Shown here: positions 1-10,513 of the stretch, one piece after another
How positions within the stretch are numbered: position 1 is the first letter of the stretch
Layout: each line of letters begins with the position of its first letter
From: Candidatus Eiseniibacteriota bacterium
GTDB lineage: Bacteria > Eisenbacteria > RBG-16-71-46 > CAVPCR01
Length of the DNA stretch: 64,000 nt
Assembly: GCA_963702435.1 (NCBI GenBank)
Contig: CAVPCR010000005.1
Coordinates: 145,721-209,720 of the forward strand
Direction of reading: 5' to 3'
Translations under genes and position numbers: made by a program
The notes under the pieces: model-generated
Seen by the model: the letters and a program-made list of their open reading frames with translations, nothing else
Databases searched by the model: none
Told to the model about the DNA's origin: nothing

Positions 1-767
<767 letters not shown>

Positions 768-807
768 CGCCGGGCGCCGCGCCGCCACGGCGCGTTCGGC
801 GCGGCCG

Positions 808-1011
808 TCAGTCTTCGATGATGAACGTGACGCGCATCGCCACGCGGTACTCGGTGATCTTGCCCTTCTCGACGATCACCTTCTGCTCGGCAACCCAGGC
901 CCCCTTGACGTTCTTGAGCGTCTTGTTCGCGCGTGCGATGCCCAGCTGGATGGCGTCCTCGAAGCTCCTGTCCGATGATGCGATGATCTCGCTGACCTTG
1001 GCGATGGCCAT
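808..1011 (-). CDS. dodecin-family flavin-binding protein (67 aa)
   Basis: Small size and family-typical sequence (SFEDAIQLGIARANKTLKNVKGAWVAEQKVIVEKGKITEYRVAMRVTF). Confidence 0.7.
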   Translation of the reverse strand: MAIAKVSEIIASSDRSFEDAIQLGIARANKTLKNVKGAWVAEQKVIVEKGKITEYRVAMRVTFIIED

Positions 1012-1170
1012 GGCTGATTCCCTTTCCCGTGGATGCGCGGTGTAGCATGTCGCTGCCCCCGCGCATGCGGCCTGTGCGGCAAATGCGCTATGATCCGCCC
1101 TGGATCCTGGGGTCCCGGACCGGCCGCGGCCCGCCCCCGCCCCCGCAGTCTACAGCAGGAGAACCCGCGC

Positions 1171-2049
1171 GTGAACGACGAGAGCGTGCGCCGCATCAAG
1201 CGGCAATGGCAGAGCCAGCCCACCGTGGAAGGAGCCGGCGTCCATCTCTATCGCGCCTTCGGCTTCCGGGAGGTGCCGGCCATCGACCCCTTCCTCCTGC
1301 TCGATGACTTCCACTCGGAAAACCCCGCGGAGTACAGGCAGGGCTTCCCGTGGCACCCGCACCGCGGGATCGAGACCATCACGTATGTCCTCGACGGCGA
1401 TGTCGAGCACGGGGACAGCATGGGCAACCAGGGCCTCATCTCCGGCGGCGACGTGCAGTGGATGACGGCGGGAAGCGGCATCATCCACCAGGAGATGCCG
1501 CAGGGGGACGGCCGCGGGCGCCTGCGCGGATTCCAGCTCTGGGCCAACCTGCCGGCGCGCGACAAGATGATGGATCCGCGCTATCGCGAGGTGCGTCAGG
1601 CCGACATTCCGGCCGTGAAGACCGCTGACGGCGCGACGGTGAAGGTCGTGGCCGGCGAGGTCGCCGGAGTGCGCGGGCCGGTCCAGGAGATCGTGACGGA
1701 TCCCCGCTACCTCGACGTGTCGGTGCCCGCCGGGAAGATCTTCACCCTCCCGATCCCGCGGGAGCACACCGCCTTCGCTTACGTGTTCGAAGGCGAAGGG
1801 TCGTTCGATGCGACGAGCGGGACAGCGCCCGCGGCGGCCGAGGGTTCGTTCATCCTCTATGCACGCGGCGGCGATGCGGTCCGCGTGCGCACGGAGAGCC
1901 GCGCCGTCCGCTTCCTCCTCGTCTCCGGCCGTCCGATCGGCGAACCCGTCGCCTGGTACGGACCGATCGTCATGAACACACAGGAGGAGCTGCGCATTGC
2001 TTTCGCGGAGTACGAACAGGGCACCTTCGTCAAGACGCGGGAGAAGTAG
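1171..2049 (+). CDS. pirin-family cupin protein
   Basis: HPHRGIETITYVLDG...H.D..GN.G.I..GDVQWMTAGSGIIHQEMP motifs. GTG start at 1171 with AGGAGA 8 nt upstream. The ORF track's longer 1033 start has no RBS. Confidence 0.8.
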   Translation: MNDESVRRIKRQWQSQPTVEGAGVHLYRAFGFREVPAIDPFLLLDDFHSENPAEYRQGFPWHPHRGIETITYVLDGDVEHGDSMGNQGLISGGDVQWMTAGSGIIHQEMPQGDGRGRLRGFQLWANLPARDKMMDPRYREVRQADIPAVKTADGATVKVVAGEVAGVRGPVQEIVTDPRYLDVSVPAGKIFTLPIPREHTAFAYVFEGEGSFDATSGTAPAAAEGSFILYARGGDAVRVRTESRAVRFLLVSGRPIGEPVAWYGPIVMNTQEELRIAFAEYEQGTFVKTREK

Positions 2050-2067
2050 AGCCGATCGTGCGGCGCC

Positions 2068-4317
2068 TCAGTCTGTGCGCACGACCTTGACGGCGGCGCG
2101 GTGTCCGCCGCGCTCGAGCGACAGGAAGTAGACGCCCCGCGCCGCGGTGCGCCCCCGCGTCGTCCCGTCCCACGCTGCCTGCCAGCGCGACGGTCCAGAA
2201 GCCGTGATCGCGAGCGGGGCGACCCGGCGACCGCCGGCGTCGAAGACCGCGCCCTCCGGCGGCGTGGCCGCGTCGGCCGCACGGGTCGCATCGACGGCGA
2301 GGACGATCGCCCCGCGCGCAACGAGCGGGGTGAGCGCGCGCAGGGACGCCCCGGGCCCGAGATCGCCCGCAGCCCACGACGCACCCCCGGCGCCCGATCC
2401 CTCGGCCACCGCCGACGACCCGGCAAACTCCGCGACGAGGATCACGCTCGCCGCTCCCGCCGTCACGAAGCCCGTTTCGGTCGCCACGACGCGTTCCGGC
2501 CCCTCGGTCCACGGGAGGTCGATCGGCGCCCAGGTCACGCCGCCGTCCGTCGTCCGCCAGACGACCGGATCGAGGACGCTGCAGGCATAGCCGACCGCTT
2601 GGTCGCGGAAGCTCAGATCGAGGTTCCCCTCGGCGTTGACGCGCGTCCAGGTCGCGCCGCCGTTCGTCGTCCGGTGGATGCCCGCGAAGCTTGTGACGAG
2701 CCCGGTCGCAGCGTCGAACCAGTGCATGCCGCGGATCGGGTCCGAGATGAGTCCGACCTGGCCCACCGGCGTCCAGTTCGCCCCACCGTTGGTCGTCCGG
2801 TAGATCGCCGCACCGGAGCTGCCGCCGGCGACATAGCCCGTCAGCGCGTCGACGAAATCGATCGCGTCGAGACGCACCGCGGCCGAGAGACCGGTGCTCG
2901 CCGGGAACCATGTCGCCCCGGCGTCGGTCGACGCATAGACGTAGTTCACGTTGGTCCCGCCGTAGAGCGCGGCGTAGCAGCGCGTGGCGCTCCCGAAGTC
3001 GATGTCCACGGCGCTCCCCACGTAGTTCGGCGCGAGCGACTGCGTGGTCCAGGTTGTACCGCCATCCGTCGTGCGCGAGACCCAGCTCGCGCCCGCCGTT
3101 CCATAGCCGCCGACGAGCCCGACCTGGTCGCCGGAGAAGGCGAAGACCTGCGGCACCGGGATCGCCGGCGCGCTCGGCATCGGCTGCCAGCTCGCGCCAC
3201 CGTCCGTGCTTTCGAGGTAGGCCACGCCGGCACCGACGCGCACGTCGCCGCCGGCAAGACCCTTGCCCCCGGGCAGGAAGATGAGCGCCTCGAGCACGGC
3301 GCGCTCGCCGTCCCCGGGCGACTCCGTGAAGTTCGCCCACGTCGCGCCCTCGTCCATGCTCCGGAGGAGGTCGCCGTCCGTGCTCACGGCGACGAGGGCG
3401 CCGCCCGCAAGGCGCTCGATATCCGTGTAGCCGCGCGTCGAATCACGCCGATAGAGTCGCGTCCAGTGGAGGCCGTCGTCCTCGGTTCGCCAGATATCGG
3501 CCCCTTCTGCCTCGGTGACGACGAGGCGGCGGTTCACATCGAGGATGACCGCCTCCTCCTGATAGATCGGGCTCGAGCCGAGGGAGCCGTGCCGCGGGAA
3601 CCACGAGGCGCCGCCGTCGGTCGTCCGGTAGGTGGTGAAGTCGAGGCAGATCCAGCCGTTCTGCGCATCGAGGAACTTAACGTCCCCGGGGAACGAGTGG
3701 TCCTCGCTCGTGCCGGGCACCGCGGTCCAGGTGGCGCCGCCGTCGGTGGTCTGGCGGAGGAGGAACGGTCCGACCACATAGCCGTGGCTCGACGTCCGCC
3801 AGGCGTGGTCGACGATATCCCAGCTCGGTCCCGGGTTCCCGAGGAGCTGCCAGGTCGCGCCGTCATCGGTGGAGCGGAGCACTTGACCGTTATCCCCCAC
3901 GGCGGAGAGGGTCGCGCCGCTCACGCGGACCAGCGAGCGAAGAGCTCCGTGCGATGGATTGGCGACCGGGGCGAAGGTCGCCCCGCTGTCGGTGGACCTG
4001 AAGATGCCGGGCGCGCCGCCGACAGCGAGGACCGCGCCGGGAGCGATCACGAGCACGTCGTGAAGATCGGTCGAGAACGCCGTCAGGTCCGTGCGATCCA
4101 CCCAGGTCATGCCGCCGTCGCTCGTCGTGAGGTGGGTCCCGAGGAGACCGACGGCACAGCCGATCTGGCTGTCCTCGAAAGCGACGCCTTCGAGCCCGTT
4201 CCCTTGCGGATGCGGATTGCCCCAGATGAAGGTCGGGGGCTCGGCGGCACCGCTTGCCGCGCCGAGGAGGAAGACGAGGCCGACGAGAAACGGGAACGCG
4301 CGGGGTGACGAGAGCAT
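2068..4317 (-). CDS. BNR/Asp-box repeat beta-propeller protein (GH74/Ycf48-like) with signal peptide and T9SS C-terminal sorting domain
   Basis: At least 8 S-x-D-x-G-x-T-W repeats (TTDGGATW, STDGGASW, TNGGANW...). N-terminal signal peptide MLSSPRAFPFLVGLVFLLGAASGAAEP with a GGAGG RBS. The C-terminus (GVYFLSLERGGHRAAVKVVRTD) resembles the Por_Secre_tail domain. Confidence 0.7.
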   Translation of the reverse strand: MLSSPRAFPFLVGLVFLLGAASGAAEPPTFIWGNPHPQGNGLEGVAFEDSQIGCAVGLLGTHLTTSDGGMTWVDRTDLTAFSTDLHDVLVIAPGAVLAVGGAPGIFRSTDSGATFAPVANPSHGALRSLVRVSGATLSAVGDNGQVLRSTDDGATWQLLGNPGPSWDIVDHAWRTSSHGYVVGPFLLRQTTDGGATWTAVPGTSEDHSFPGDVKFLDAQNGWICLDFTTYRTTDGGASWFPRHGSLGSSPIYQEEAVILDVNRRLVVTEAEGADIWRTEDDGLHWTRLYRRDSTRGYTDIERLAGGALVAVSTDGDLLRSMDEGATWANFTESPGDGERAVLEALIFLPGGKGLAGGDVRVGAGVAYLESTDGGASWQPMPSAPAIPVPQVFAFSGDQVGLVGGYGTAGASWVSRTTDGGTTWTTQSLAPNYVGSAVDIDFGSATRCYAALYGGTNVNYVYASTDAGATWFPASTGLSAAVRLDAIDFVDALTGYVAGGSSGAAIYRTTNGGANWTPVGQVGLISDPIRGMHWFDAATGLVTSFAGIHRTTNGGATWTRVNAEGNLDLSFRDQAVGYACSVLDPVVWRTTDGGVTWAPIDLPWTEGPERVVATETGFVTAGAASVILVAEFAGSSAVAEGSGAGGASWAAGDLGPGASLRALTPLVARGAIVLAVDATRAADAATPPEGAVFDAGGRRVAPLAITASGPSRWQAAWDGTTRGRTAARGVYFLSLERGGHRAAVKVVRTD

Positions 4318-4414
4318 GGTGGTGAGCCTCCGGGACGGGTGCGACGCGCGACGTGACTGCGGCGTGTGGCTAGATTGTAGATTGCGCGCGGCGGACGGAC
4401 AAGGGTCGGCCGCT

Positions 4415-4804
4415 TCAGGATCGGCGTGTTCGCGGCGCGGGGCGGGGCGCGGAGTTCCGAGACGACCGGCGGGGTGCATAGCGATAGCGTGCGAGCGCCA
4501 CGCGCCCCGCCGGATCGAACTCGATGCCTTCCTTCTCGAGCAGAAACTGCTGGGCGAGACCGCCGCCGGGTTCGGAACGCTCGAGACTCAGGCGGCCCTG
4601 GGCATTCAGTATGCGGTGCCACGGCACGGTCGAACCCGTCGGCAGCGCATGGAGCGCATAGCCGACGAGGCGGGCCTGACCAGGGAAGCCGGCGAGCGCG
4701 GCGATGTCGCCGTACGTCGCTACCCGCCCGCGCGGCACCCGGCGCACCGCCGCGTGGATACGCCGGTGGGTTTCACTCAGCGGCCGGCCGCCCGCGCTCG
4801 CCAC
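4415..4804 (-). CDS. atl: alkyltransferase-like protein (MGMT DNA-binding domain, active-site Cys replaced by Trp: PWHR), copy 1
   Basis: VPRGRVATYGDIAALAG...LVGYALHALP...VPWHRILNAQGRL matches the Ogt/MGMT C-domain, but with PWHR instead of PCHR, as in Atl proteins. GTG start. Confidence 0.75.
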   Translation of the reverse strand: MASAGGRPLSETHRRIHAAVRRVPRGRVATYGDIAALAGFPGQARLVGYALHALPTGSTVPWHRILNAQGRLSLERSEPGGGLAQQFLLEKEGIEFDPAGRVALARYRYAPRRSSRNSAPRPAPRTRRS

Positions 4805-4818
4805 CGCCTACGCGCCGT

Positions 4819-5532
4819 CTACCTGAAAAGCGTCTTCAGGGCGCCCCAGGTCCGATCCTCGACCGCCGTCGCGCAGTTCGTGTCGCTCGTGTCGTAGAGA
4901 TCGTCCCCGTCGTTGTCGAGTCCCTGCGCAGCCCCGGCGAAGTTCTCACTCCCGTTTCCGTTGCACGACTGGGTCGGCATCGCGGGGTGCCCCGTGCCCG
5001 GGCTCGCATAGTACGGCGGCAGGACGTTCTCGCCGACCGGAGTGTAGTTGGCCGGATTGGCGTCCAGGTGGCAGTTGCTGCAGACCGTCGCGCCCGCGTT
5101 CTGGTGATGCTGGCGCAGCCCCGCTCCGTAACCGGAGCGCCCGGCGCCGACCTCGGGATTCCCGGCAACATTATCCTCGGAACGGCCGTGACAGCCCATG
5201 CAACCGATGGCCTCGAGCCCCGTCCCACCGTTCGACTCATCGAGGATCACAGGAAACGTGTCGGCGCCGTGGCACGCGTCGCAATCGCCGCCCAGCATGG
5301 TGGTGCGGTGTACGTTGTGCAGGTTACCCCAGTTCTGGCCGTCCACTGGCGAGACATACGCGGTCGCCCGGAAGTCACCGTGGCACGAACCGCAGTTCGA
5401 GGAGTCCCCGCCATAGGTCGTGTAGGCGGTGCCGGAACGACTCGATGCGAGAAGCGCGATGAGCGCCAGGAAGCAAGCAGCGATGATGCCGCTCGATATC
5501 CAGCGTCCCCGGGCAGTGATCACCTTTTCCAT
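4819..5532 (-). CDS. secreted tetrahaem c-type cytochrome, copy 1
   Basis: Four CxxCH motifs (CGSCH, CDACH, CMGCH, CSNCH). N-terminal signal peptide. GGGAGGTG RBS before ATG 5532. Confidence 0.75.
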   Translation of the reverse strand: MEKVITARGRWISSGIIAACFLALIALLASSRSGTAYTTYGGDSSNCGSCHGDFRATAYVSPVDGQNWGNLHNVHRTTMLGGDCDACHGADTFPVILDESNGGTGLEAIGCMGCHGRSEDNVAGNPEVGAGRSGYGAGLRQHHQNAGATVCSNCHLDANPANYTPVGENVLPPYYASPGTGHPAMPTQSCNGNGSENFAGAAQGLDNDGDDLYDTSDTNCATAVEDRTWGALKTLFR

Positions 5533-5606
5533 TTGACGCCACCTCCCTGTAGCCATGGAAACAAGGCAGGACCGGACCGAGTAGGCCCTTGTCAGCCGGG
5601 GGCAGA

Positions 5607-6083
5607 CTAGCAGGCCGGATGACCGAAGGCAACGGCGGGCCGGCGGGCGCTCGGACGCCGTGCCGAGTTCGCTTCAATCGAGAAGGACGAGCTTCCGCGC
5701 CGCGGCGTAGACGGGCGCGCGGGGCGAGGCGCGGGGCTGGGTGCTGAGCGGGGCGCGTACCGATAGCGCGCGAGCGACAAGCGCCCCGCCGGATCGAACT
5801 CGACGCCTTCCTTCTCGAGCAGGAACCGCTGGGCGAGACCGCCGCCGGGTTCGGAGCGCTCGAGGCTCAGGCGCCCCTCCGCATTCAGGATGCGGTGCCA
5901 TGGCACGGTCGACCCCGCCGGCAACGCATGGAGCGCGTAGCCAACGAGCCGGGCCTGACCAGGGAAGCCGGCGAGCGCGGCGATGTCGCCGTACGTCGCT
6001 ACCCGCCCGCGCGGCACCCGGCGCACCGCCGCGTGGATACGCCGGTGGGTATCACTCAGCGGCCGGTCGCCCGCGCTCGCCAC
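5607..6083 (-). CDS. atl: alkyltransferase-like protein (PWHR), copy 2
   Basis: More than 90% identical to copy 1 over the MGMT-like domain. The C-terminal tail is divergent. Confidence 0.7.
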   Translation of the reverse strand: MASAGDRPLSDTHRRIHAAVRRVPRGRVATYGDIAALAGFPGQARLVGYALHALPAGSTVPWHRILNAEGRLSLERSEPGGGLAQRFLLEKEGVEFDPAGRLSLARYRYAPRSAPSPAPRPARPSTPRRGSSSFSIEANSARRPSARRPAVAFGHPAC

Positions 6084-6097
6084 CGCCTACGCGCCGT

Positions 6098-6820
6098 CTA
6101 CCTGAAGAGCGTCTTCAGGGCGCCCCAGGTCCGATCCTCGACCGGCGTCGCGCAGTCCGCATCGAACGTATCGCGGAGATTGTCGCCGTCGTTGTTGAGT
6201 CCCTGCGTGGCCCCGGCGAAGTTCTCGCTCCCGTTCCCGTTGCACGATTGGGTCGGCATTGCGGGGTGCCCAGTGCCCGGGCTCGCGTAGTACGGCGGCA
6301 GGACGTTCTCGCCGACCGGAGTGTAGTTGGCCGGATTGGCGTCCAGGTGGCAGTCTGCGCAGACCGTCGCGCCCGCGACCTGGTGATGCTGGCGCAGCCC
6401 CGCTCCGTAACCGGAGCGCCCGGCGCCGACCTCGGGATTTCCGGCAACATTATCCTCGGAACGGCCGTGACAGCCGACGCAGCCGATCGTGAGCAGACCG
6501 GTACCTCCAGCGGACTGGCTCAGCAGCACGGGAAAGGTATCGGCGCCGTGGCAGGCATCGCAGTCACCGTTCAGCATGTTGGTGCGGTGTACGTTGTGCA
6601 GGTTACCCCAGTTCTGGCCGTCCACTGGCGAGACATACGCGGACGCCCGGAAGTCGCCATGGCACGCGCCGCAGTTCGTGGCGTCGCCTCCGTTCTGCGA
6701 GTACTGGGTGTACGCGTTGCCGGACCGACTCGAGGCGAGAAGCGCGATCGCGGCGCACAAGCAAGCGATGAGAATTCGGCGAGACATGAAGCGTCCCCGA
6801 GCAGTGATCAGCTTGTCCAT
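6098..6820 (-). CDS. secreted tetrahaem c-type cytochrome, copy 2
   Basis: CGACH, CDACH, CVGCH, CADCH. SRRILIA-type signal peptide. GGGAGGTA RBS. Close paralog of 4819-5532. Confidence 0.75.
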   Translation of the reverse strand: MDKLITARGRFMSRRILIACLCAAIALLASSRSGNAYTQYSQNGGDATNCGACHGDFRASAYVSPVDGQNWGNLHNVHRTNMLNGDCDACHGADTFPVLLSQSAGGTGLLTIGCVGCHGRSEDNVAGNPEVGAGRSGYGAGLRQHHQVAGATVCADCHLDANPANYTPVGENVLPPYYASPGTGHPAMPTQSCNGNGSENFAGATQGLNNDGDNLRDTFDADCATPVEDRTWGALKTLFR

Positions 6821-6960
6821 CAGACGCTACCTCCCTGTAGCCATGGAACGAACACGCGACCGTGGCCAGACCATTCCCAGCCGGGGGCAGGGTAGCAGGC
6901 GGTTACCGCCGACGGCAACCGGGGCCCGGGCGGACGCGGCGGTCCCGCGCGGAACCTGCC

Positions 6961-9900
6961 TCACTCCAGAACGACGAGCTTCCGCGCGGCGACGTAGCCC
7001 GGCGCGCGGAGCTCGTAGAGGTACACCCCGCGCCCGACCGCTCGACCGGCATCGTTCCGGCCGTCCCACACGACCGCGCGCCCGCCGGCAATCGGCTCCT
7101 GCTCCTCGTCCACGAGCGTCCGCACGAGGCGCCCGCTCACGTCGCAGATGCGGAGGGTGACCCGTCCGCGCGTCGCGATCGAGTAGCGGATCGCGGTCCC
7201 CCGCCGCGACACCGGATTGGGCGCCACCGCGGCGAGCGCGTTCACGAGGCGCGGCGATGCCTCGGGCCCGACCCCGATCGGCCCCGCGTTCACCGGCTGC
7301 CCGGCCCACTGGAAGAGATCGATCAGGAGCTCCGCGTTCGCGCCGTTCACGACGAAGTTGTCGAACAGGCACTGCTCGACGCAGTCGAGCGGCAGGAGCT
7401 CGGCGAAGGCGAAGCTCATCGTCACCGACTTCTCGCACGAGTGATTCGGGTTCGTCTTCCGCACGACCGCCTGCCAGGCGGGGCGCGCGACATCGTCCGC
7501 GCAGTTCACGGGGTCGTGGCCGTCCTCGAGCGACTCGACGAAGTGGGCAACCGGCTCGCCCGAGTTGATCGCGCCGAGGACGTTCAAGTCGACGTCATCG
7601 GGGCAACCCGATCCGAACGCCTCGCCCGCGAAGTCGGGTGCAAGCGCGGTCCCGGCGAGCCGCGCGCAGCGGCGGAGGTCGTTCGCAGCGAGTTGCTGAG
7701 CGTAGTCGCGCGCAAGCACATCCACACCGCGGTTGGCGAGGAAGGAGGGCCCATTGGTGGTGTTCTGGTCGATGTCGGCGGCCCAGCCCGTGCCCTCGAC
7801 GAGAAGGAGCCGCGGGTTCCCCTCGCTGCAACCCGCGAGCCACGTCTCGAGCTTCTGCTGGTCCATGGATGGCTGGCCGCCGAAGAGGGAGAGCGTGCGG
7901 CGGTCGCTCAGCGTGCGATGGTCGCTGAGACCCGCCGTGTACCAGATGCAGTCGTACCCGGCCAGCATGAGGTCGGTGGCCCCGTTGTGCGGCGGTCGCG
8001 GCTGCTGGGTCGGCCGATCCTCCCGCCGGCCGATCCCGTCGTAGCATTCCGAGTAATTCGTCGCCACGACATCGTAGACGTCGAAGCCGAGGCCGAGACT
8101 CGAGAGCGTCGCGACGAGGCGCTCGCGTTCCACCGTCGCCCGCCCCGGCACGCTCTGTGTGGCGTAGTCGCTGACGACGAGCATGCTGTGCGCATATGCC
8201 CCGCTGCAGTCCGGTGCGAGCGACGGCAAGACGTTCGACTGGAGCCAGAGTCCCTTGCTGCTTGGCTCCGTTGTGATCGGCTGCCGTCCGCGCCCGAACG
8301 GGAATGTCCCGAGGACCTGACTCGATACCGCATCCCGCGCCTCGAAGAAGTAGTAGACAGTCGTCCCCGGAGTGAAGAGGCCGTCGGGCAGTATGTCGTC
8401 GCAGGGCTCGTTCCCCGGCGGGGCGCCGGTCCAGTGGGTCCCGTTCCCGGCGTCCGCATCGTGGAAGCAGGTCATGTACCCGCCCGGCAAGCCCCCACCG
8501 TACCAGCGCGCCGTGTCCATCCGCGCCTCGTGCCAGAGGAGAGCATCGGGAAAGCTCCCGGGCGCCGACGGGGGGAAGGCGGCGAAGAACGGGTGCATGA
8601 GATTCGGCTGGCAGGCCCCGCGCTCCACGGCGAAGCGGAGGAAGACCGCTGCGTTCGGGGCTTGAACCTCGACTCCGGCCGTGTCGGGACGCACCCAGCG
8701 GGGGGGATTCTCGGGCCCGCCGAACACCGGGGTGTACGCCCCGTCCATCCGGGCCGTGGCGGAGAGCGGGAATCCCGTGTTCGAGGTCGGGAAGCTGTCC
8801 GCGTAGCGCTGGTAGGTCTGCGCCCGCAGCTCTGTGCTCGAGTCGTAGACGCCGAAGCGCATGTTGTCGATGAAGGGACCGCTGGCATCGCTCGGGTTGC
8901 ACGACCCGCCGATGCATTGCGAGTACATGCCCACCGCGAGGATCACGGAGTCCGCCGTCGCCGGCAGGTAAGAAGACATGTCATGGAGGAGATCCTGCTG
9001 GCAGCGCGCCCCGGCCCCCAGCGCGAAGGACTGGCAGCTTGTCGCGGAGACGCTCGACCAGTTGAAGATCGCGCCCGCTCCGGGCGAGCCGGGCGGCGGA
9101 GCGTAAGGGCAGTGATTGGCGTCGACCGGCCAGTAGTGGAAGCAGACGACGAACATGGCATCGAAGAGCCCGCTGCCGCCGTCGGCATACACATCGCCGA
9201 GGAAGAGCCGGCCTACATCGCCGTCGAGGTCGGGATGCGCACCACCACCGATTGCGAAGGGCGGAGAGACGGCGGCGGTTTTCGCCACGTGCGCCGCGCA
9301 TTCGTCCTGATCGGCGAAGAGGAGAACGTTACCCTCGATCGCACAGGCCTCAGGGCAGGGGACGACCGGCGGACAGGCGATGGCGGAGAGCGGCGCGATG
9401 CGCCCCGCGGGCCGGAGTGGATCGCCGGTCAGGACGACGTCCTGCCCCTCGCAGCGCCGGGGCTCCCAGCCGCTCATGCCCGTCTCGAAGTCGGCCCGGT
9501 CGATCGGCATGCCGTTCGCCCGGACCGCGATCTCATCCACCTGCCAGGCAAAGAGAAAGGCCCGGCCCGCGGACTCGTCGGAGACGAGATCATCGGTGGC
9601 CAGCCGGAGCCGGACCCAGAGATCCCCTTCGCCGCCAGGCCAGGGGCCGAGGGTCGCCGAGCCCGGTCCCCCAAGCGGCCCCGGCTCGGGCGCGACGAGC
9701 GTCCCGCCGGTCCAGATCCCGTTCCCGTTGGCTACCGTCCCGACCTGCTCCCACCGCACGCCGTCCGCCGAGATCTCGACCCAGCACGTATCGTGGCTCT
9801 GCTCGACCGCGTAGCGATGGAAGAACGTGAGATCGAGCAGCGCGTTGGGTGCGGGCGGCATGAACTCCCCGGGGCCCGGCGCGTTCCGGAAGCGGAACTG

Positions 9901-10506
9901 CTTCGCGACCGCCTGCGACCAGCCGTCGCCGTATCCCGCGGTTCCCCCCCAGCCGCAGTGCTCCGGGTTCAGGTGGAGGTTCGTCCCGATCCACACCGAC
10001 CAGCCGCCGGCGAGCGGGTCGGGGCCGTCGTTCGCCCCGTTGTTGGCGTGCGTCGTCGCCCGGTGCGCGAAGGCGCCTCCATCGAAGTCGAAGTCGTACG
10101 TGCCGTCGGTTCGCCAGTGTCCCGTACCGAGCGCCGAAGGACCGTCGCCATGTGTCGTCAGGTCTGCGAACGTCCACCCGTCGCGGTACTGGTTCCCGAC
10201 CGGATCCCCATCCAGGAAGAACTCTGGCGCCTCGCCCGAGTCGGCCTCCCAGTTCCACACGCCGCCGCGGACGACAGCCCCGTTGCCGAAACCGCTCCCG
10301 CCGAACCACACCGTGTCGGCATGGGCGTCGAGCCACCCCGGGTCGTGTGCTGCGAGCGCCTCGCGGTCCGCTGCCCCGTCATAGGGTTGTGGAACGAGCG
10401 GCACGGCGCCCGCCGGCGCAGCGGCCAGAAGAAAGGAGAGAGCGGCAAGAGGCACGGCACGGCAGTTCCATGTGGCCATGGCAGCCTCCACTGTGACCTG
10501 GCCCAT
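6961..10506 (-). CDS. giant secreted protein of unknown function with T9SS C-terminal sorting domain, paralog 1
   Basis: Signal peptide (MATWNCRAVPLAALSFLLAAAPAGA). About 1180 aa with many conserved Cys. The C-terminal about 80 aa (RYSIATRGRVTLRICDVSGRLVRTLVDE...VVWDGRNDAGRAVGRGVYLYEL...KLVVLE) fits the T9SS CTD. No HExxH or other recognisable catalytic motif. Confidence 0.65.
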   Translation of the reverse strand: MGQVTVEAAMATWNCRAVPLAALSFLLAAAPAGAVPLVPQPYDGAADREALAAHDPGWLDAHADTVWFGGSGFGNGAVVRGGVWNWEADSGEAPEFFLDGDPVGNQYRDGWTFADLTTHGDGPSALGTGHWRTDGTYDFDFDGGAFAHRATTHANNGANDGPDPLAGGWSVWIGTNLHLNPEHCGWGGTAGYGDGWSQAVAKQFRFRNAPGPGEFMPPAPNALLDLTFFHRYAVEQSHDTCWVEISADGVRWEQVGTVANGNGIWTGGTLVAPEPGPLGGPGSATLGPWPGGEGDLWVRLRLATDDLVSDESAGRAFLFAWQVDEIAVRANGMPIDRADFETGMSGWEPRRCEGQDVVLTGDPLRPAGRIAPLSAIACPPVVPCPEACAIEGNVLLFADQDECAAHVAKTAAVSPPFAIGGGAHPDLDGDVGRLFLGDVYADGGSGLFDAMFVVCFHYWPVDANHCPYAPPPGSPGAGAIFNWSSVSATSCQSFALGAGARCQQDLLHDMSSYLPATADSVILAVGMYSQCIGGSCNPSDASGPFIDNMRFGVYDSSTELRAQTYQRYADSFPTSNTGFPLSATARMDGAYTPVFGGPENPPRWVRPDTAGVEVQAPNAAVFLRFAVERGACQPNLMHPFFAAFPPSAPGSFPDALLWHEARMDTARWYGGGLPGGYMTCFHDADAGNGTHWTGAPPGNEPCDDILPDGLFTPGTTVYYFFEARDAVSSQVLGTFPFGRGRQPITTEPSSKGLWLQSNVLPSLAPDCSGAYAHSMLVVSDYATQSVPGRATVERERLVATLSSLGLGFDVYDVVATNYSECYDGIGRREDRPTQQPRPPHNGATDLMLAGYDCIWYTAGLSDHRTLSDRRTLSLFGGQPSMDQQKLETWLAGCSEGNPRLLLVEGTGWAADIDQNTTNGPSFLANRGVDVLARDYAQQLAANDLRRCARLAGTALAPDFAGEAFGSGCPDDVDLNVLGAINSGEPVAHFVESLEDGHDPVNCADDVARPAWQAVVRKTNPNHSCEKSVTMSFAFAELLPLDCVEQCLFDNFVVNGANAELLIDLFQWAGQPVNAGPIGVGPEASPRLVNALAAVAPNPVSRRGTAIRYSIATRGRVTLRICDVSGRLVRTLVDEEQEPIAGGRAVVWDGRNDAGRAVGRGVYLYELRAPGYVAARKLVVLE

Positions 10507-10513
10507 GTCGTCC

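Noticed and set aside
2101-4308. 735-aa + strand ORF (and similar long ORFs such as 6862..10713 +, 11810..14170 +, 14784..16274 +, 26757..29138 +, 29881..32409 -, 53136..56072 +, 37595..40536-type antisense frames)
   Set aside because: These are antisense or alternate-frame shadows of well-supported genes. Their translations are Arg/Ala/Pro/Gly-rich low-complexity strings with no motifs, which is expected in about 70% GC DNA where stop codons are rare.
4107-4622. 171-aa minus-strand ORF (and its twin 5674..5901) overlapping the ATL genes
   Set aside because: Alternate-frame reading of the duplicated DNA. The 5674-5901 copy is informative only as a relic of the upstream T9SS CTD tail, not as a gene.
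5557-6960. Sigma-54-like GG...TTGC elements upstream of both cytochrome genes
   Set aside because: The GG-to-GC spacing is 9 nt, not 10, and the -24 element is GGCCC, not GGCAC. The similarity between copies is explained by the duplication itself.
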